Assembly (NCBI RefSeq): GCF_001194135.2
Contig: NC_068985.1
Location: forward strand, 7,010,181-7,074,180
Direction of reading: 5' to 3'
DNA from: Octopus bimaculoides
Lineage: Eukaryota
Length of the DNA stretch: 64,000 nt
The translations under genes were made by a program, and so were the position numbers. This document shows, in pieces, positions 1 to 14,264 of the stretch. Below the pieces are notes generated by a model. The model worked only from the letters and a program-made list of their open reading frames with translations. It was not told the DNA's origin and made no database searches. Numbering within the stretch: position 1 is the first letter of the stretch; each line of letters opens with the position of its first letter.

Positions 1-577
1 GCCTATAATTTATCATATTGTCTAAAAACGCAAGAATTCTATTTTCTTATGCTTTTTTCTTATTTCTATTCTTTCTTTTCTTTTTCTGATTCAGTATTTT
101 TGTTGACACCTTAATTCAAACAAGGGTTTCTTTTGTTTTCCATGTCATATGCAAAAGTAACGATGTAAACACGCTCAAAATGATATAGGTATAAATTATA
201 TATAATTAAAGTATGTATAGCAAATAAAATTTATGCATAATTCTGAAGAGTCGAATTCCTAAACCTGTCAATGACAACTCATAAATAAATAGTTGGATAT
301 ATTATTGCATGATATAACGATATGATTGCACCGAATGCTAAGGACAAATACATAATCTATTGCTTTCAAAAACCTAAAATAATATTATGAAATTATGGTT
401 ATAAGAAGAAAAAAAAAACGAATGCGAAAAGTTTTCCGAGTGATAATCCTTGGTATTGATGAAAGGGCTGAGAGTAAAGTAAATTAGAATGTATTGGTAT
501 GTAATGTAACGCAGAACAAAAAGGAACACTTTAAGTCATGGAAATCCTTTTCACGAAAGTAACAATTATATGTGTGT

Positions 578-776
578 GCATACCTGTGTGGTAAGTAGCT
601 TGCCTACCAGCTACATGGTTCCGGGTTCAGTCCCACCGCGTGGTACCTTAGTCAAGTATATTCTATGGCCTCGGGCCGACCAAAGCCTTGTGAATGGATT
701 TCGTAGACGGAATTAAAAGAAGCTCGTCGTATACAAATATATATGTGTGTGTTTATGCGTGTGTGTGTGTGTGTGT

Positions 777-817
<41 letters not shown>

Positions 818-1028
818 GTTGTGTGTCTGTGTTTGTTCCCCCACTATCGCTTGACAACCGATGCTGGTGTGTGTACGTCCCCGTAACTTAGCGATTCGGC
901 AAAAAGAGACCGATATAATAAGTACTAGGCTTGCAAAGAATTAGTCCTGGGCTCTGTTTGTTTGACTAAAGGCGGTGCTCCAGCATGGCCACAGTAAAAT
1001 GACTGAAACAAGTAAAAAAATAAAAGAA
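578..1028 (+). mobile_element. tRNA-derived SINE, family A (octopus-type, internal AT/GT microsatellite)
   Basis: Head ctgtgtggtaagtagcttgc...ggttccgggttcagtccc; body caaagccttgtg...aaagaagctcgtcgtata; (GT)n; tail cgcttgacaaccgatgctggtg...gactgaaacaagtaaa. The same blocks recur about 11 times in the window. Confidence 0.85.
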
Positions 1029-1768
1029 TATATCCGTACATACATGAATTTATGCAAATATCATCATGATCTCCCTTGATATAAGTTACGAATATCTTAT
1101 CTGTCCGTATTCATTTTTGTACGTCTCTAATTTAAGAATTATTTACCGCAATACATCATTCACTTTCTAACCTCACGTTTACTTCTTATTGGCATTCATT
1201 GATATCCATTTCTTTTGCAATATGTAAACGCTTGCTTTTTTATCTCTCTCTCTCTCTCTCTCTCTCCCCTTTTGTCTCTTTCTCATCCCTGCCTCTTCCC
1301 CCCCTCTCTCTCTCTCGCTTTCTCTCTGCACATTTTCTTATTAATTTATCTTCAATGCCTGCTTACTCAGTCAATCTTTTTCTCAAACAAAATAATGTCA
1401 CCTAGACTACAGCGAATTCATGTTCTGCAGGTCTCAATGCAAACACATAACCATTAATACAATGATAAAGTACCCTCTGTGCATTCCCCATCGGTCAAGC
1501 GAATACGTAATATTGGTGAAGTAAAGTATTATGGGACAGGGCCACAATAATATAAGTCAAATACAATCTGTAAATTGGCCAGTGTTACTCGGTGCATCTA
1601 GCTGAAATGCAACACGTCATAAATGGAGCACATAAACAACACGTTGTCCTGGAGCGACAAAAAGCTGCTGCCCAAATATGATCTGATTTATTTCGGGATG
1701 ACCGCGACACACCACCTCATCAATGTAATTGTTCGTAGAATACTTTCGATGTAAAATATATGTAATTA

Positions 1769-2680
1769 CACTGTGTTCCAAAAATGAGGTATATATTTGT
1801 TAACAACTCCTGACTTAGTTTATTTATGTTACTTCTAACATTTAATTCTTCAATGACAATGCAGAGAACCAGATTAAGATTTCAACAAATGTAATTTGAA
1901 CAAAAGTAGTTTAAACTCGAATTTTGAAAACGCTGTCGAAGTGCAGACAGTTTAGGTTGGAGTTTCAAGCAAATAAAATAATGCGTCTTACTAATGGAGA
2001 TAAATTTGAAGTAGTCGGAACTGTGAAGAATTTCACAACACATGTTCCGGTAGACATCATTGAGGACAAATCAATAAGAACAGCAATGAGGACAAAGCAA
2101 GAATATGTACTTCAGAATTTCCCCTGAGTTGCAGAAATTTGGTGGAGTAAGCAAAACATGATATCGGATTTTCAAATCAGAGTGAGGACCTGCAAAATTG
2201 CGTTTGGCGGAGAAACATCATCTTAATTTAGCAGAGAATATTATGCATGAGACGCATCATGTTAATATAGGATGAGCTCAAATCCTTCTAAATTAACATG
2301 ATATACCTTATCCTCAAAAAGGTTTAACTGAGGCATGTTTACTTATATTACTGTAACTCCTCTTATTTACTTTAACGAGGTGCAGCAATCTATCATGCTA
2401 AACATTTAAGAGAACGTTGAGGGGTTATATTTCATGCATGATAGGGAAAAGCCACACTACCAAAGTAACGTAAGGGCCTACTTGGATGGGATTTTCTCAA
2501 ACAGAGACATTGGATGTAGAAGTTCAGTAGAATACCTTTGTGTTCATCGTATCTCACACTACTAGACATTTTTGCGAATATTTAAAATACCACCTTTACA
2601 GTACAAAGCTGAAAATAGTTAAAGATTTGAGAGTAACCATTATAAATACCTAAACAAATTAGTCTGCAATTTTTCTATAA
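1769..2680 (+). mobile_element. Decayed Tc1/mariner-type transposase remnant
   Basis: Frame from 2431 reads FMHDREKPHYQSNVRAYLDGIFSNRDIGCRSSVEY, resembling the FQQDGAPPHY...VRxYLDxxFPNRWIGRRGxxEWP block of DDD transposases. TIR-like tacactgtgttccaaaa at 1769. Many stops and frameshifts. Confidence 0.6.
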
Positions 2681-2814
2681 CATATGTTCCCGCTATCAGC
2701 AGTAACTGGACCATACTTATTATTGTACATCAGAAAAATATTTATATTAGGTATGTAGATGTAGATTCTACTAATTTTAAAACATGAACTATATCTTAAT
2801 AAACTCTCGCTTTA

Positions 2815-2935
2815 TAATCATCCATCCTTTCGGACTCGATAAATTAAGTACCAGTTACGTACTGATGTCGGATCTAGTCGACTGGCTCCGTCCCCCAAAA
2901 TTTCGGGCCTTGTGCCAAGAGCAGAAAAGATTATG
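2815..2935 (+). mobile_element. SINE family B, 3' part
   Basis: catcctttcggactcgataaattaagtaccagtt...aaaatttcgggccttgtgcc is the reverse complement of the copies at 24408 and 31518. Confidence 0.8.
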
Positions 2936-3523
2936 TGTTTATATTTTGCAGACACCCATTATACGTGCGTGTGAATATGTGTATGCGTTTGCATGTCTAC
3001 ATGTTTCCATGTTATTATCAACTCTCAACATTTTCTTAACTTTTAGAGCTCCTGTTATTTTTGCTTGTTTCTATGCATTATTTATATTTCCTTCTCAGTG
3101 GTCCAGTGTTAAGTTCCTTCCGCTGTAATAATATATTCTATTGCACGTTACTGTTTTCAATATTCTACAAAAAATTATCTATTTGCAGCACATCTGTTGA
3201 GAAAAGTAGTCTTCACTTAAAAATGGCTTTAATTGTTTGAATTCTTATATCAGATATTCGATAATGCTCTGCATTGCAAATATTCGAGAATTTGCAGCGT
3301 TAAGGTTAAACTATCACATTTGGGAAATATACGCAGAGGATGCACACAGAAAGTGTCCGTAAATTGGTTTTCATGAATCAGGAAAAGCAGCGAAGGACCA
3401 CTATATTAATATAAATACACTCCGCCGTTCCATATCATGAAACAGCGCACGATTATACGAAAATAAAATCCTTTATAACCCCTAATCAACTAAAAGTATA
3501 CCATACATACCTGCCTACATACC

Positions 3524-3557
<34 letters not shown>

Positions 3558-4895
3558 CCTGTATATATACATACATACAAATATACATTCATGCAGGAAG
3601 ATGTATATATATATATATATATATAGATAGATAAATAGATAGATAGATAAATACATAGATAGATACATAGATAAATAGATAGATAGATAAATACATAGAT
3701 AGATAGTTAGGTAGATAGATACATACACACATATTTACCTACCCATATATTTATGTCAAAAAAGCGCGCGCGCACACATATAGTACCGTTTTAGGTTTAT
3801 TCGTTAACGCGACAGAACCTCTATAAACTAAATATACGCGGTTATGTATTGCACATGTACTGGCTTCATTCCTTTGAGTAAGGTGAGAATAATATTGTAT
3901 AAGTTTGTGATACATCAGATCAAGGCGACGGCGAGTAATTTATAGTTGGAGAATATATTCGGAGGAGCAAAAGGATAATCGAAGTGTATGCGTTTGTGTG
4001 TTAGTGTCTATACGTATATATATGTATATGTGTATGTTATAAATGAATTTATGCTTAGCGTTTTATCTCACACAAGTGGGCATGAATAAATCTAATACTT
4101 TCTGTCATCTTTTTTCTTATTTTTCTGTTCTGGGCGATATAAAATAACAGTGTGTTACCATGTAATAATAATAAATATAATAATAAAAATAATATTTAGC
4201 AAACATAAATTTGTTCCATGGTAATAGAATGAAGTAATACTTTCTGAATGCTTCGAATCAAAGATAGACCAATAAATTAAATCTACGCTCTGTAGTTTAC
4301 ACAGGAGAATAGTGAGAAAGAACAGATGGTTTCACTATATATTATGATTGAAATAAAAACTGACAATTGTTATGATTATTTTCACAGAGTATGAAGCCCT
4401 ATGAAAATCATACGTCCAAGCTATATTGTCGACTGTAGGAATTCTTTTGAAATCAATTTACTCCGATAATGATTGAGCTCTTTGCTTTAATTTTATTGAA
4501 CACACGATTGGATAATTTAATAGAAACAATCCTTCTCTACATAGATAAAAATGCTAAATGATATATTACAGAGTGAGATTTGTGTCTACTGAAATAAAAT
4601 TCGTCGCAACAGAATCTATTAGCGTTGATTGACACGAGTACCTATCAGCATATTTTAAGTTTCAATGGGCATGTACTGACATATTAATATTACAGGTGTT
4701 CAAGGTTTGGGCCTACGTAGTGTCATTATGAAATAATAATGAATTTGGAAAGTTGCTGTGAAGGGTTTCTGGTATTTTCGTATCGTGTATGGTGCAAGTA
4801 AATTGATTTTAAGATCATTGTTAAAGAATATATCTTGTCAATTTTACATTCTTTACATTTAATGATTTAATAGCAATATAATCCGCTAATGCACA

Positions 4896-4955
<60 letters not shown>

Positions 4956-5547
4956 NNNNNNNNNNATATATATATATATATATATATATAGATAGATAGA
5001 TAGATACACACATGCACATATATATACATTCATACATGCATACATATATGTATACATATATATGCATATGTACACATATATGTATATATATATGTGTGTG
5101 TATGTGTGTGTGTATGTACGTATGTATGTATTATCTACCTTGTAAATAATATTATAATGTACATTCAATTGCAAATTTGACACATTTAATACAACGGGAT
5201 ATATCCACTTCCGTTGTGTCTAGCGGCACTAATACTATATTATCTCCTAAATTTATACAATTACCGCAGCATATTGTCTACGTTCAGTCAGGAATTCATA
5301 GAAACTTAATATATTAGATGTCAGTTATCGATAGAATATTCAATCAAATATTCTACAAATAGTGTTCGATAACACACCACCTAATTTCTACACCACACTG
5401 ACGATTTTGAGGCCTCTGTGTCTAACACACCGTTTATCGTCGTTTCAAACAGATATGCATAGTTCCATGAAGATATACACAAAATCTTGCGTAAAGGTTC
5501 TTCATAATATAAAAGTGAAGAAGAATAAATATATTGATTTCAAGTTT

Positions 5548-5755
5548 TGATACGAGGCCAGAAATTTCGGGGAAATGTGGAGGTATGTCGATTTCATCGA
5601 CCCCAGTACTCAGCTGGTATTGTTTTTATTTACTCCGAATGGATGGAAGGCAAAGTCGACCTCAGCGGTATTTGAACTCAGATCGTAAAGTCTGACGAAA
5701 GACCGCTCAGCATTTTGACTGGGATATTAACGACTCTGCCAACTCGCTGCCTTAG
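5548..5755 (-). mobile_element. tRNA-derived SINE family B
   Basis: gaaggcaaagtcgacctcagcggtatttgaactcag...cgctgcctta; B-box-like GAGTTCAAAT on the minus strand. Confidence 0.8.
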
Positions 5756-6114
5756 TAGGACGATAAATATATTATTTAATATAAAGTGTAATGCAATGCA
5801 CATATGCAAGTAAATTATATATATATATACTTATATATATATNNNNNNNNNNNNNNNNNNNNNNNNNNNNNNNNNNNNNNNNNNNNNNNNNNNNNNNNNN
5901 NNNNNNNNNNNNNNNNNNNNNNNNNNNNNNNNNNNNNNNNNNNNNNNNNNNNNNNNNNNNNNNNNNNNNNNNNNNNNNNNNNNNNNNNNNNNNNNNNNNN
6001 NNNATAAATATCAGGGTAAGAACAAATTTAGGAAAGTTTTCTACCAGTAGCCTAGCATGTAGAGAACTAGTGAATGGTTAATATATTATTCATAATATTT
6101 ATAATGTACATAAA

Positions 6115-6372
6115 GTAGACAGAAATTCAAAGAGGCCTGTCGTATATAGGTACATATGTTTGCATGTGTGTGTGTGTATGTGTGTATTTGTCTCCCCGTC
6201 ACCGCTTGTTAAACGGTATTGGTTTGTTTACGTTGCCGTAAACTAGCGTTTTGGCAAATGGAATTGATGGAATAAGTACTAGGTTTGAAGAAAAATATGC
6301 CTCGTTTGACTAAAATCCTTCAAGCCGTAGTCACAGTATGATCAGATTCAAATAAACGAATTAAGTAAAAGG
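6115..6372 (+). mobile_element. SINE family A, 5'-truncated and diverged
   Basis: aaagaggcctgtcgtata...cgttgccgtaaactagcgttttggcaaa...aataagtactagg matches the family A tail. Confidence 0.65.
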
Positions 6373-7112
6373 ATATATTTTACGTAATATATTTTTATAT
6401 GTTTCTGACTGCAAGTGTATAAACGCATGCATATTTCTTGCGGCCGTCATGAAGAGAAAGCGATAAAGATTAGGAAAACAATCTTATCATATCCTGTAAT
6501 ATATTTTCCTCGAACATACTTCCAAGCATACCTGTCAAAATACTATGAAATTCAGAGATTCACGATTAGTGTAAAATTTTACAGCAACAGCGTTCAATCA
6601 TGTATAATCGTGCACAGGTGAAAACTGAAAGGTAGGCGTAAAATATTTTGTACACTTCAATATGAAATGCATTGTATAAATCCATGATTTCATGCGGCCC
6701 AAGATATCTGTTCACTGCTACCAACTTAACGCTCTAAAAATTGTCTGTGACGTTGGCATAGTTTGCATAAAATCAAAGTTCGCTCAGCCTCAAGTTATCT
6801 AGAAATAGAAAATTCGTATTTTGAGTTGGCCCACGTTAACATCTTGGCCTTACGTTCGTATAACAGAATAACATGATCCTAAAACATAAATGCCATGAGA
6901 TATGTTTCTGCGTAACTGAAACTTTATTTCATGCTTGAATCACTAAACGGAGGCACATATTCATATATATACGTATATACATACATGCATACATACATAC
7001 ATACATACATACATATACATATATGTGTATTTTATGTGTGCGTGTGTGTGTGTACCTATATATATATATTCATATATATATACATATATATATGTATGTA
7101 TGTTTGTATATA

Positions 7113-7687
7113 NNNNNNNNNNNNNNNNNNNNNNNNNNNNNNNNNNNNNNNNNNNNNNNNNNNNNNNNNNNNNNNNNNNNNNNNNNNNNNNNNNNNNNNN
7201 NNNNNNNNNNNNNNNNNNNNNNNNNNNNNNNNNNNNNNNNNNNNNNNNNNNNNNNNNNNNNNNNNNNNNNNNNNNNNNNNNNNNNNNNNNNNNNNNNNNN
7301 NNNNNNNNNNNNNNNNNNNNNNNNNNNNNNNNNNNNNNNNNNNNNNNNNNNNNNNNNNNNNNNNNNNNNNNNNNNNNNNNNNNNNNNNNNNNNNNNNNNN
7401 NNNNNNNNNNNNNNNNNNNNNNNNNNNNNNNNNNNNNNNNNNNNNNNNNNNNNNNNNNNNNNNNNNNNNNNNNNNNNNNNNNNNNNNNNNNNNNNNNNNN
7501 NNNNNNNNNNNNNNNNNNNNNNNNNNNNNNNNNNNNNNNNNNNNNNNNNNNNNNNNNNNNNNNNNNNNNNNNNNNNNNNNNNNNNNNNNNNNNNNNNNNN
7601 NNNNNNNNNNNNNNNNNNNNNNNNNNNNNNNNNNNNNNNNNNNNNNNNNNNNNNNNNNNNNNNNNNNNNNNNNNNNNNNNNNNNNNN
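7113..7687. other. Assembly gap (other N-runs: about 4956-4965, 5843-6003, 11363-11543, about 13489-13498, 13891-13943, 40639-40783, 49675-50082, 51326-51369, 54490-54880, 59072-59171)
   Basis: N-runs, nearly all next to (AT)n/(GT)n arrays. Contiguity across them is not established. Confidence 0.98.
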
Positions 7688-8239
7688 ATATATATATATA
7701 TATATATATAGTACAGTTTGTGTGTGTCTGTGTTCCTTATGGATTCAAAAACTGAGTTACCGATTTTGACGTATCAAATATCAAATGATTAAGTAATCTT
7801 TCAGCTACAAAATAAAATATGTCTTTTGCACAACAACTCTTTTTTGTTACAAAATTAACCTCGAAAACGAAGTCGTGTCCCCCAATACTGAGGTCTTTAG
7901 CTAAGGGAGACAGCTCTGCCTGAACATTATGTCTTACACTGAGCATAACGAGAAATGTTTAATATACTTGGAGTTTTACCAGGGCATGTAACTTCGAAGA
8001 TATACCGTCAACTTTATTAGAAATGTTTAGTAGGTATTCTTGTAATGTGAAGTATGTTTGTATGTGTTTTGTTTCGTCCAGAGTTGACTCTGGTGCAGCA
8101 GACTTATTGCTACGATTTTTTCTTCTTCCTGAAATACTGTACATCTGTGTCCTTTTTATGAAAGGTGTGCTTTAAAAGAGATTTGACTGCTATCTGTAGT
8201 AGCCCAAATTTCCAGATACATTTCTGTATGTGTGTGCGT

Positions 8240-9900
8240 GTGTACTTGTGTGTGTGCAATGGCGCCCGACAGCATATCCTGATTTATCCTCGCCGCATCA
8301 TACTGGTTCCGTGCCCGTTTTAGCAACATCAAATTCACTGATCCATCCACAAACACTCCGCAAGCATTCTGATCATTTATAAACTCCCTTGACTCTCTCA
8401 CTCCAACACTTCTAACCACCAAAGCTTTTCTCACTCTACCCATCCAAAGAAACCGAGGTCTGCCTCTGATTCTGCTGCCTATCACTTTACTCTTTATCAC
8501 CTTATTTACCATCCGCGCCTCTCCATGTGGCCAAACCAATTCAACATTTGTCTATCCAGTTTGGTTGTTAGTTTTTCTCTCATTCCTCCTTATTCCTCAT
8601 CCTGTCCATCCGTGTCACACCAACCATAGCTCTCAGACATCTCATCTCAAACACATCTAGTCGCCTCCTTTGCGCTTCTCTCAGACCCCCCACATCTCTG
8701 CACCACATAACATTGTCGGCAAAATCGCGCCCTCATAACACCTCTTTTTGATTTCATACTCAACCTTTCATTTCTCAGCATACATTTTACAACTCCAAGT
8801 ATCTTACTCCTCTCCCTCACTCTATATCCCACCTCCTCAGCCACACCCCATCCACCGTCACATGTGACCCCAGATACTTAATAACACTCACCTCCTCTAA
8901 CATCACATCATTTATACTGACATCCATCCTACTAGCCATTCCACTTCTCAAACATCTCATCATTTTACTCCCAGCTACAGTTTCCTCCTCTCACACACTC
9001 TTCCAAACCCTACCACCATCCTCCTCAGTTGCTCTTCTGAATCCCCCACCAGTGCTGTATCATCAGCAAACAACAACTGACTCACCTCCCGTTTCTCTCC
9101 ATTTTCTCCCACCATTTAGACTCCCCTACCAAGTGTTCTAGCATTTACCTCCCCAATATATAGTCCATCAAGGCCCTATCCACTACTCCTTCCTCCATCC
9201 ATCCCCACCACCTGAACTTATTCTCCTCCCACTTTTTTAAAGAGACTCTTCCCCACCTACTTCTCCTTACACATATCCAACAACCTCCTTCCACTCTCAT
9301 TCCGACCAGGAACTCCATATTTTCCTCCTACATTTTCTACTTCCTCATCTTCCACTTGTGCATTCAAATTACCCAACACCACCACGTAACCACTTTTCCC
9401 CCACCCTATCCACACACTCTGTCAGTTCCCTCCAGATATCCTCTACTTCCACCTCACTCCTTTCACTCCCTGGACCATATGCACTAATAAACACCAGCAT
9501 CTCTCCTCCCCATCTCATCGTAACCCTTAATCTTGAAGACACTTCCCTCCACTCCATCACACTCTTCTTCATACGCTCACTCACAAGCAATGCCACTCTC
9601 TCATGAACCCTCCCCCTCCTACACCCGTCACTTGTCCAGTTACATCCCCAGACTGATACTCTCCCTTAGCTTTCATCTTAGTCTTGCTCACTGCCAGCAC
9701 ATCCATCCTTCTCCTCATCATCACAATCTCCCTGTCTCTCTTCTCTTTACCTAATTTGTACTAAGCCCACGCACATTCCATGACCCTAGTACTAGGGTGA
9801 GATTTAGTGTTGAACATCTCCAACCCCCTTGTCGTTTTTCTTGCCGTCTTTTTAGGAATATGGATTTATAAGGAGGAAAGGATTCCCAGTTCCCTCGCTC
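8240..9900 (-). mobile_element. RTE-clade LINE, both ends retained, large internal deletion
   Basis: Minus strand: APE endonuclease start WNVRGL (9780-9763), REVSSRL..FISAYGPGSERSE, VVLGNLNA, DRALMDY; then almost directly RT VSQLLFADDTALVGDS (FADD 9070-9059), KYLG, and C-terminal RIRGRPRFLWM; (CA)-rich tail near 8230-8255. Confidence 0.9.
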
Positions 9901-10392
9901 CGTCGCTAGAGTGACTGCATGCTACCGATCCACTCCTAGTCGCAAGGGGGTTTGTTAGTTAACCAATAGCTGGGACACTTACAGGTGCTACCACTCCGGG
10001 CCAGGGCAGACCTGGGAACGATAGTGTGAAAGAGGTGGTTCCACCCTCCTCAAACCCTGAAACCAAAGCCCGGATGTAGTTTATAGTCACACCCAAGTGA
10101 ATGTTGCGAAAATGGCACGTATGAATGGACCTATTGTGAATATTCGTCTGTAAGCCAGAACAGTTGAGGGGAAGAGGGTTGCCTCCCTGACCTCCAATTG
10201 ACAGTCGGAGTAACCAGAATGCATTGTTTGGCCCTCGGTGAAACTTCCCCCATTGAGGAATTTTGTTGTTTAATTTTTTTTGTCAGCTGTTTATATTTTT
10301 TATTGTTTACAGCTTTTCTGTTTTAAACCCCACTTGACCCTTGTTTTGTATTGTGTTATATGATTCCGTATTCGGTCATCAATAAAGAAAGG

Positions 10393-10459
<67 letters not shown>
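10393..10459. repeat. (ATT)n microsatellite
   Basis: Perfect trinucleotide array. Confidence 0.97.
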
Positions 10460-10460
<1 letters not shown>

Positions 10461-11543
10461 TGTTTGTCAAGTCACAACAAGGACCTCTAGCAGACAATAC
10501 TATGATAAGAGGTATGTATGTATGTATGTATGTATGTATGTACGTGTGAGTCGGAGTATGCATCTGTATATGATTGTATGCATGAAAGGAGCTACATATG
10601 TGTACATGCATATACGGACACAGGCTTATATATGTGTGTGTATGTATGATTGTGTGTATATATGTATATATATATGTGCGTGTGTGTGTATGTGTGCTGT
10701 GCGTGTGTATTTATTTATGAGAAAATAATTAGATTTATTAGTGAAATATTATAGCTATTTGAAATTTGAATTCAACTTTCTCTTTTTCCTCTTCATCCTA
10801 CAATCTTCTTCTATCTCCTTCATTTCTTATTAATCCATATTCGTTGATAATTGATTATGTTTTTAATATCTATCAATACATAAATTTTTAAGCTAACCAA
10901 ACATTTGTTATATATAATTTCATATATATTCTTTATACTGGCGTATGTTTGCGTGTTTCTGTGTCTTGGTATAATTTTTTTTTTTTCTTAAAGGAAATTA
11001 AGTGTTCACTAAGTCTGCAAATATTGATTTTATATTTAATTCATTTAAAGTGACATAACTTTATAGACAACTTAAATATAAACGTTTTCCTTTCTAACAG
11101 ATGCTGCAAAGTAAACATGTAAATCGATAAATATTTTTAAATTCAACCACGGCAACTGTATCCATTTCTTCTATCAGAACATTTGAAATACATTTCAGTC
11201 TCCAAGGCTGAAGTATCTTGACGTTATGTTACATATATTTCCGCGTATAATTAGTGTAGCATTCAGCGTCCATAAATTCGCTTTTAAATATTTGATTCGC
11301 ACACAATATATGGAAACATTATATACATGCGTGTGCGTATATATATATATATATATATATATNNNNNNNNNNNNNNNNNNNNNNNNNNNNNNNNNNNNNN
11401 NNNNNNNNNNNNNNNNNNNNNNNNNNNNNNNNNNNNNNNNNNNNNNNNNNNNNNNNNNNNNNNNNNNNNNNNNNNNNNNNNNNNNNNNNNNNNNNNNNNN
11501 NNNNNNNNNNNNNNNNNNNNNNNNNNNNNNNNNNNNNNNNNNN

Positions 11544-11588
<45 letters not shown>

Positions 11589-11702
11589 ATATGTATGTGT
11601 GTATATCTTATATATATGAGAGTGAAAGGGCGAAAGGTAGAGAGAGAAGCATATATTTATTCATACATATGTATGTGTGTGTGTGTGTGTGTGCGTGTGT
11701 GT

Positions 11703-11833
11703 GTCGGCGTGACCGTGTAGTAAGAAGCTTGCCTCCCAACCAGACGGTTCCGGGTTCAGTCCTACTGCGCATCATCTTCTTTAAGTGTGGTAGGTTGGTG
11801 TAAAGGAAACTGAAAATTGAAAAAAAGTTGCTC

Positions 11834-11890
<57 letters not shown>

Positions 11891-12180
11891 CATGCCTACA
11901 TACACATGTATATAGATAGATAGACCGATAGGTAGATATGCATAAATAAACATATGAGTGAGTGCGTTTTTGTGTCTGTTTTTGTCCCCAACCACCGATT
12001 TAGAACCGGTGTTTTGGTGTTTACATGTTACTAACCTAGCGGTTCGGTAAAACATTCCGTTAAAATAGGTACAGGTTTTTAACCAGAACTTCTGTGGTCG
12101 ATTCAATCAACTAAAAATTCTTCAAGGCGATTCCCCAGGATGGTCGCAATCTAATGACTGAAATACGTAAAAGATAAAAG
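11703..12180 (+). mobile_element. SINE family A
   Basis: ccgtgtagtaagaagcttgcctcccaacc...ggttccgggttcagtcc head; internal (AT)n; tail aatgactgaaatacgtaaaagataaaag. Confidence 0.75.
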
Positions 12181-13379
12181 ATTTCCATGTGTGCATGTAT
12201 GTGCGTGTGCGTCCGTGTGTCAGTATGGACACACATACTCACACACTGCAAGTTATATATAGGAATACACATATTCCGTGTTCGTGTATTCCCTTTTTTG
12301 GTATTGTTGCTATAAATCTTTATTTCAAGTCTCTGGAACTACAGACCGGAGTCATCATTTAAAATAGCCAACTTGCTTACTAAGTTTGTTACTCGAATTT
12401 AATCATCCGTTGGATCTGTGCTGCTCCATGATCTTTCGCTTATTTTTCAAATTCATTGTAGAGAACACTTGTAACGATTAAGTCTTTGTTACCAGAGACT
12501 GGAACATGTTGAGACAGAGCTTTAATAAGAGTGATATATTTAACTTTTAATTCAGTGGAATAGAATTTGACAGTAACTAGATATGACATATCAAAGAAAT
12601 TGTTATTATTTAATGTTTAACAACTGATAGCTAGTTAATATCAAAGCCGATTCTCTTTGATCTAAGTCCTCTCTGTGCACGAATCTGTCGTAAAAATGGA
12701 AATTATTGTAGATGGATCAAATTTGTTCCTGGTATATGACTAATGATTAATATGCCTTGAATGACTTTAGACTAAAAATTGAAGGGTAGGTTTGTGAGAT
12801 GATAATCATGGAATAGCACCATGAACAATGTTTAGCTTTAGTATCTGAAAAGTTACTGGCGGTTCTATTTCTGTTGATAAATACTAAGAATTTACATTGC
12901 GGCAACAGACTGGATATCACTGCATATGGATATTATTGTGTTTATTTTATTGGCAAGAATGAGAATAATTAAAGATACAATGCAAACATCTAACCTAAAC
13001 TTCTAATGTTTAGGTACTTTCCACCTCACCTCTTAATCCTTTCTAGTATAGGCACAATACCTGGTATGAGTAGTTCCTCCCTATTCTACGTGTATATGTT
13101 TTCCTGTTCAGAATCTGGGAATATTTGGCGCGGCTTATCCAAGATTCCATTTCATGAGGTACGTATAAATTTCACCAGGTCAAGTCAGTTTGTGTAACAC
13201 TAATATAATCAAGCAATCCTCATAGAAAATAGGTATATTTATGTTGAAGAATCACATTTTATGTTTACTATACTATAATATATATATAATAATGTGGAGT
13301 TTCCTATTAAATAAGTAATATATTCTATAAATTTGAAATAGAAATGGATTTTTGATATGCTAATAATAACACACTATAC

Positions 13380-13640
13380 CAGCGGTTCCCACGCTGGGGT
13401 CTGCAAGGTTAGTATGGGGTCCATGAATTAAATTCAAAATTTCATATATATATATATATATATATAGGAAAGGAAATAATAATAATAANNNNNNNNNNAA
13501 ATAATAGATATATAAAGGAATAAATAAATAATATACCAATACATCATAGTGTCTTCAAGCTTTTAATGTTTAATAGTATTCCATGAAAAAACTTGTTTGA
13601 AGGATTAGGATGCATGTGTTTCAGTGTAGTGTTTTGTTCG
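13380..13640. mobile_element. Possible hAT-type MITE fragment
   Basis: cagcggttcccacgctggggtc...ggggtccat resembles the CAGTGGTTCYCAAC..GGGGTCC end also seen at 50952. Right end unclear. Confidence 0.3.
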
Positions 13641-13649
13641 AGAAGGCTG

Positions 13650-14045
13650 GATGTTTATGTGCCAAAGAAGAAATGAGGTAGGAGTAATTCAGTTACTGTG
13701 GATAAGGGGAGAAAATTCTGTGGGTTTTATACTCTTTAATTGGAATGCTGGATTCTCTGTCATCAGGATGCAGTGCCCGGGAGTTGTCGAGATGGAGAGG
13801 AGGATTGCCTGGATGAGGAACGTTGTAAGAGTGAAGTTGGCGGCCAAGGATTGTGACGAAGATTTGAAGGCCGTTTTGTTGAAGTGGTGGNNNNNNNNNN
13901 NNNNNNNNNNNNNNNNNNNNNNNNNNNNNNNNNNNNNNNNNNNAATAGATTGAAGAAGTTGTTTGGTGGAGGAGTGGAGATGGCAGGGATGCAGTTTGGT
14001 TGCAAAAAATTGCTGCCGGTGGTGGCCTTCGAAGATTTAATAGAG
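13650..14045 (+). mobile_element. GC-rich fragment, probably LINE ORF1 (Tx1-like, tentative)
   Basis: Coding-like stretch MQCPGVVEMERRIAWMRNVVRVKLAAKDCDEDLKAVLLKWW [gap] NRLKKLFGGGVEMAGMQFGCKKLLPVV, with sharp compositional borders. No diagnostic motif. Confidence 0.35.
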
Positions 14046-14103
14046 TATATGTTATAAATAGTGACTTTAGGTGAATCTAAAAAAATAGGAAACCAAAAGA
14101 TAC

Positions 14104-14105
<2 letters not shown>

Positions 14106-14175
<70 letters not shown>

Positions 14176-14205
14176 TAGTGGTAGTAGTAGTAGTAGTAGT
14201 AGTAA

Positions 14206-14264
<59 letters not shown>
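14106..14264. repeat. (TAG)n microsatellite
   Basis: Long GTA array with a few GTG/ATA interruptions. Confidence 0.97.

Noticed and set aside
7737-7946. Minus-strand ORF resembling a CR1/L2 RT C-terminus
   Set aside because: Similarity is too weak and short to assign.
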